Positions 15,605 to 19,302 of a stretch of 19,302 nucleotides of DNA are shown piece after piece (positions within the stretch are counted from its first letter, which is position 1; every line of letters starts with the position of its first letter). The stretch is taken from IMG/VR virus record IMGVR_UViG_3300006139_000503. The stretch is one strand, 5' to 3'. The stretch is from a virus (taxonomy: Duplodnaviria; Heunggongvirae; Uroviricota; Caudoviricetes). A program made the translations under genes and the position numbers. The notes under the pieces are model-generated. The model saw only the letters and a program-made list of their open reading frames with translations. It was not told where the DNA came from and made no database searches.

Positions 15605-16219
15605 TTGCCTGAGATAATCACCTATATTGTTATTGGGTATCTATTTTGCAAAACCTTTCACTCTGTCGCGTTAAAGCAAAATTCATCCGATGTTGAACAT
15701 ATACTAGTGGAATCTCTAGTCGTTGGATACATCATATTGCATATTGCACGTATGATACCTTTTAGCATTTCCTATGAGGTTGATATGGTCGGGATTGCTC
15801 TATGTTCAGTCGTCATGGCTTACCTTTTAGGGCTTTTGGCTACAGGTAACCGCAGAATCCCTCTATTAGATAAGCTTCATATAATGGAAACTGGTAACCT
15901 ATACCTTTGGGACGACTTGATGGATAACACTGGGAAACCAATGCGTATTAAAGTAGAATACGACAGTATCACATATGATGGGATGTTACATCTTTTCGAG
16001 AGTTATTCAAATACACCTCTCATTGCATTAGTGGCATATCATATCATCAAATATGATAATAATCGCAATCGCATAGATGAGATAAATTATCAGCATGATG
16101 CAACAAAAGTTATTGTGTTAGATACATCAAAAGCTAATTCTGTAGAAATTACATATGAAACAGGAAGCAGCATGTGCAAAGATATACAAGGACTTTGTGA
16201 CTATATCACTACCCCATAA
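15605..16219 (+). CDS. Membrane protein (about 3 N-terminal TM plus soluble beta-rich C-domain; DUF6338-like, tentative); true start may be 15584
   Basis: Hydrophobic N-half, then LWDDLMD...IKVEYDSITYDGMLHLFE; no RBS at TTG15605. Confidence 0.7.
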   Translation: MPEIITYIVIGYLFCKTFHSVALKQNSSDVEHILVESLVVGYIILHIARMIPFSISYEVDMVGIALCSVVMAYLLGLLATGNRRIPLLDKLHIMETGNLYLWDDLMDNTGKPMRIKVEYDSITYDGMLHLFESYSNTPLIALVAYHIIKYDNNRNRIDEINYQHDATKVIVLDTSKANSVEITYETGSSMCKDIQGLCDYITTP

Positions 16220-16317
16220 GTGCTAACACTACCCCCCTCACCACAAAACTCTATATTAAATCATACGTAAGATGAAAGCCCCAAAGTAACCAACCAAAGG
16301 TGGCTTTCATTTTACAA

Positions 16318-16346
16318 TTGCATCCATAGAACTATAATGGTATAAT
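16318..16346 (+). promoter_or_regulatory. Promoter of the Rpn-like gene
   Basis: TTGCAT-17 nt-TATAAT with TGgTATAAT extended -10. Confidence 0.75.
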
Positions 16347-16414
16347 TATATAAACCAACAAGATACTATCTCTTCTACCCTCAGTATTGGGATGAAAAAA
16401 TCAGGAGCAATAAG

Positions 16415-17287
16415 ATGCCTAAAACAAATTACAACAGCAAATCAGACTTAGAACATGAAAAAGACTTACAGAGAATCCAGAAGCTCCGCCTCATGGATGA
16501 CGATTTCATGAGCGTAGTCTTCGAAGACAAGGCTTGCTCACAGTTTTTACTACAGACTATTTTAAACAGAAATGATTTAATTATAAAAGATGTGAAAACA
16601 CAGCATAATTTTAAAAATCTTCATGGGCATTCCATTTGCCTGGATATATACGCCCGAAGCATATCAGGCGAAGAATATGATATCGAAATTCAAAGAGCCG
16701 ACAAAGGAGCTTGCCCCAGAAGAGCCAGATACAACAGCAGCATCTTAGATGCGAATATATTAAGCCCTGGAGATGATTATCAGAACCTGCGTGAGACTTA
16801 TGTGATTTTTATTACAGAAAAAGATATTTTAGGATATAATAAACCTATCTATCATATTGATAGAATGGTCAGAGAAATTGATATGCCTTTCAACGACGAT
16901 TCACATATTATCTATGTGAATGGCGAACTAAAAAATGAAGATACCGATTTGAGCAGATTAATGCATGACTTTTCTTGTAGCAATATCGCGAACATTAACA
17001 GCCCTATCCTGAAGGATAGAATAAAATATTTCAAAGAAGAAGAGAAAGGAGTGGCTTCTATGTGTAGAATATTAGAGGAAATGAGAGAAGAAACAGCTAA
17101 AGAAGTTGCCAAGGAAGTTGCCAAGGAAGTTGCCAAGGAAGTTGCCAAGGAAACAACTATCAATAATGCTGTAGTTTTTATAGGTAACCTTTTATCCGAA
17201 GGATTCTCATTGGAAAAAGCATTAATTCTGGCAAATGTACCAAATGATTATAAAGGAGCCGTAATTCAGCAGGTCATGAACCGATAA
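16415..17287 (+). CDS. Rpn/YhgA-like PD-(D/E)XK nuclease (PDDEXK_2, 'nuclease family transposase')
   Basis: LMDDDFMSVVF, ICLDIYA, YDIEIQRAD, RRARYNSSILD, YVIFITE motifs; AGGAG RBS. Confidence 0.9.
   Translation: MPKTNYNSKSDLEHEKDLQRIQKLRLMDDDFMSVVFEDKACSQFLLQTILNRNDLIIKDVKTQHNFKNLHGHSICLDIYARSISGEEYDIEIQRADKGACPRRARYNSSILDANILSPGDDYQNLRETYVIFITEKDILGYNKPIYHIDRMVREIDMPFNDDSHIIYVNGELKNEDTDLSRLMHDFSCSNIANINSPILKDRIKYFKEEEKGVASMCRILEEMREETAKEVAKEVAKEVAKEVAKETTINNAVVFIGNLLSEGFSLEKALILANVPNDYKGAVIQQVMNR
17060..17287 (+). CDS. Putative internally initiated small C-terminal protein (RpnS-like antitoxin), 75 aa, MCRILEEMREE...
   Basis: AAAGGAG (17045-17051) 8 nt before an in-frame ATG17060. Confidence 0.6.
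   Translation: MCRILEEMREETAKEVAKEVAKEVAKEVAKETTINNAVVFIGNLLSEGFSLEKALILANVPNDYKGAVIQQVMNR
17096..17155 (+). repeat. 12-bp tandem repeat encoding (AKEV)4-AKET
   Basis: GCTAAAGAAGTT, then GCCAAGGAAGTT x3, then GCCAAGGAAACA. Confidence 0.97.
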
Positions 17288-17395
17288 ATCGAACGAGTTA
17301 TTTCCATCGGAACAATAATTCCTTTTCTACCTATACTACTACAGATAGACACAGTATACCATAAATCTCACTATTTTGAAGCCCTAAAACCATAA

Positions 17396-17423
17396 GAGCT
17401 GGCATATCCGCCAGCTCCTTTTT
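17396..17423 (+). terminator. Intrinsic terminator 25 nt upstream of the BppU-like gene
   Basis: GAGCTGGC-ATATCC-GCCAGCTC-CTTTTT. Confidence 0.75.
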
Positions 17424-17448
17424 AATGCCAAAGAAAGGATAATAATAA

Positions 17449-18861
17449 ATGCAAGAAATAACCGTATATGATACTGAGAACAGCCCGCTGTCCGATTTAG
17501 TCCAATGGGATAGCGACGTACACATACGCCTAATCGAAGATATCATCGACAAAGCTTATCCCGTACATTTCTTCAACCAGACATTGAATGAAGCCCTTGT
17601 CGTCAAAGACTCTTCTTATGAAAATGGCCGTCTCAAGGTAAAAATCCCCAATTTCTTATTAACGCAGCCTTATCCCATCATTGGATATGTAAACGTTGAA
17701 AAAGACGGCGAAAGCCGATGCCTGTGCCGCTTCCGAATAAATGTGCGTAGAAAACCAAAACCTTCTAACTTCGTCTATACAGAATCATATGATTACATAT
17801 CTATTACCAAAGTCCTCGAAGAATGCCGCGACTTCTCCTCTGCTGCTTCCGAGTCCGCTAACGCTGCCTCTGATTCCGCCATAAAAGCCCAAAGCTACAC
17901 GGAAGGCGGCACCGGGACAAGAGATGGAGAGGATGCTGACAACGCAAAGTATTACTATCAGCAGGCATCAATTAAGGCGAATGCCGCCAATACGTCCGCC
18001 CTCAATGCAAAAGCTTCTGAAGTCTTGTCATCCACGAAAGCAAACGAAGCTTCTGAGAGTGTTGAAGAGGCTGAACGCTATATGACGCTATCAGAAAGTT
18101 TTGCCCGCGGAGGGACTGAGGCACGGCCAAATGAAAATGTCGATAACTCGAAATATTACTACGAACAGGCGAAGAGGATATCCCAAGGGCTTCAAGGTGC
18201 GTTAATCCCAATGGGTACAATTGCATTCTATCAGTTATCTACTGTGGCGAAGCAAGCTGGATATATGTACAACATTACGGATTGGTTTGTTACCGACAAT
18301 ACATTCAAAGAGGGGGCTGGGCACAAATGCCCCGCCGGTACAAACGTATACTACACCGCTGACGGCTACTGGGATTGTCTAGCGGGAACACAAGTAACCG
18401 GTGTTAAAGGCGAAGCGGAAGAAGATTATAGAAATGGTGATGTCAATATTACAAAAGAAAATATTGGGCTGGGGGATGTACCTGACCGGATAGAAAGTTT
18501 GGAAGCAATGGTAAAGCAGTTAGCAAAAGAGGTGCTTTATGCGAAGCCCGTGGAGTTCAAGCTGCTGTCCAAGCCACCAATTACTGGCCTAGTAGGGCAG
18601 ACAATAACATTTATAGCCAGACTGACGCTGGACTCCTCAAAAATGACATCTAAAGAAATCTTGGAAGAAAATGTAAACGATATCACCTGGGTAAGTAGTA
18701 ACACCACAATAGCTAGCGTAACAGGCTGCTCCGTTCGGACAAGAGACAACATAACAGGTAGCGTATACGTAAACGTCTTAGGGCATAAAAGCGGTAATGT
18801 GACAGTTACAGGAACCACTTCGAACGGCATGAGTACAAGCTGTTCGGCAGTAATTACTTAA
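17449..18861 (+). CDS. BppU-like baseplate upper/tail fibre protein with Ala/Ser-rich repeats and a C-terminal Ig-like domain
   Basis: N-terminal LVQWD...VKIPNFLLTQPYPIIGYV; two GGTxxRxxExxDNxKYYYxQA repeats; TWVSSNTTIASV...GNVTVTGTT Ig motif; AAAGGA RBS. Confidence 0.75.
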   Translation: MQEITVYDTENSPLSDLVQWDSDVHIRLIEDIIDKAYPVHFFNQTLNEALVVKDSSYENGRLKVKIPNFLLTQPYPIIGYVNVEKDGESRCLCRFRINVRRKPKPSNFVYTESYDYISITKVLEECRDFSSAASESANAASDSAIKAQSYTEGGTGTRDGEDADNAKYYYQQASIKANAANTSALNAKASEVLSSTKANEASESVEEAERYMTLSESFARGGTEARPNENVDNSKYYYEQAKRISQGLQGALIPMGTIAFYQLSTVAKQAGYMYNITDWFVTDNTFKEGAGHKCPAGTNVYYTADGYWDCLAGTQVTGVKGEAEEDYRNGDVNITKENIGLGDVPDRIESLEAMVKQLAKEVLYAKPVEFKLLSKPPITGLVGQTITFIARLTLDSSKMTSKEILEENVNDITWVSSNTTIASVTGCSVRTRDNITGSVYVNVLGHKSGNVTVTGTTSNGMSTSCSAVIT

Positions 18862-18887
18862 TCAACAAATATCAGGGAGGAAGAAAA

Positions 18888-19205
18888 ATGGAAACCGTTT
18901 TATTACAGACATACACCATTACTCTGCCCATCATATTGGGTTATATCGTATGGATTCTGAAAAGGCAGAAACGGGACAGAGACGCAAATAGTATGGGCAC
19001 TATGCTCCTGCTGCGTGTGCAGCTCATTGAATACCACGATAAATATATGGCGAAAGGTGATATTCCATCTTATGCCTACCAAAATTTCGTGGAGATGTAC
19101 GAGGCGTACCATGAGTTGGGCGGCAACGGGATGATAACAAAAATGTACAAAGAAATCCAGGATTTACACCTGGCAAACAAGAAAGGAGACTATTATGAAG
19201 AATAG
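18888..19205 (+). CDS. Phage lysis-cassette membrane protein (holin-like)
   Basis: Single N-terminal TM; LLLRVQLIEYHDKY...YEAYHELGGNG motif common next to holins; GGGAGG RBS. Confidence 0.7.
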   Translation: METVLLQTYTITLPIILGYIVWILKRQKRDRDANSMGTMLLLRVQLIEYHDKYMAKGDIPSYAYQNFVEMYEAYHELGGNGMITKMYKEIQDLHLANKKGDYYEE

Positions 19206-19302
19206 GAATTTTGAAAAATGGGTAAAGGCAGCAGGAATTAGAGCAGTGAAGACCGTAGCACAGGCGGCGGTTGCGGGAATAGGAACGGCCGCAGCTATGG
19301 GG
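19195..19302 (+). CDS. Holin (r1t-like), partial, runs off the window; absent from the ORF track
   Basis: AAAGGAG RBS, then MKNRNFEKWVKAAGIRAVKTVAQAAVAGIGTAAAMG. Confidence 0.85.
   Translation, partial: MKNRNFEKWVKAAGIRAVKTVAQAAVAGIGTAAAMG

Larger units (their letters stand above)
1..19302 (+). mobile_element. Prophage/phage late region (tail tip to baseplate/lysis) with intervening accessory cargo
   Basis: Tail proteins with S74 chaperone domains at the left, BppU-like protein and two holin-like genes at the right, all on +; cargo genes in between. Confidence 0.9.

Noticed and set aside
17096-17155. CRISPR array
   Set aside because: Contiguous 12-bp in-frame coding repeats with no spacers; no CRISPR array or cas gene was seen anywhere in the window.
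16415-17287. Autonomous insertion sequence
   Set aside because: No terminal inverted repeats or target duplication seen; the Rpn family is not a demonstrated transposase.
10480-19112. Minus-strand and nested ORFs 10480..10722, 10918..11214, 11299..11499, 11337..11618, 12442..12660, 13135..13320, 14604..14792, 15064..15255, 15393..15593, 16912..17163, 17331..17552, 18002..18226, 18537..18830, 18903..19112
   Set aside because: Shadows of stronger genes or spans over terminators, with no independent support.

Overview
Late-gene end of a tailed (pro)phage from a low-GC Firmicute; the Lys-rich Ig-like surface proteins suggest a Lachnospiraceae-like host (inference). The window opens inside a tail-tip gene and ends in BppU-like baseplate/fibre and holin genes. 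The left 5.2 kb is a tandem duplication of a unit made of a tail-tip C-terminus with an S74 chaperone domain facing a secreted Ig-like/BspA-LRR gene. The outer arms of the unit are near-identical and the adjacent inner C-termini are divergent or unrelated, so the two tips would be exchanged together; the second tail copy is 5'-truncated. About 12 kb of AT-rich, self-promoted cargo follows: an unannotated Fst/Ldr-like type I toxin-antitoxin locus, a frameshifted IS200/IS605 tnpB element, an ImmA/IrrE peptidase plus membrane-protein operon flanked by 27/30-nt direct repeats with two decayed paralog fragments downstream, two hairpin-dense intergenic blocks sharing motifs, an unknown protein plus class III nucleotide-cyclase-like operon, a Zn-ribbon/CFI-box protein, a coupled four-gene operon, a small ORF plus membrane protein pair, and an Rpn/PD-(D/E)XK gene with an internal in-frame start. 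All family calls are from motif recognition by eye; no database searches were run.
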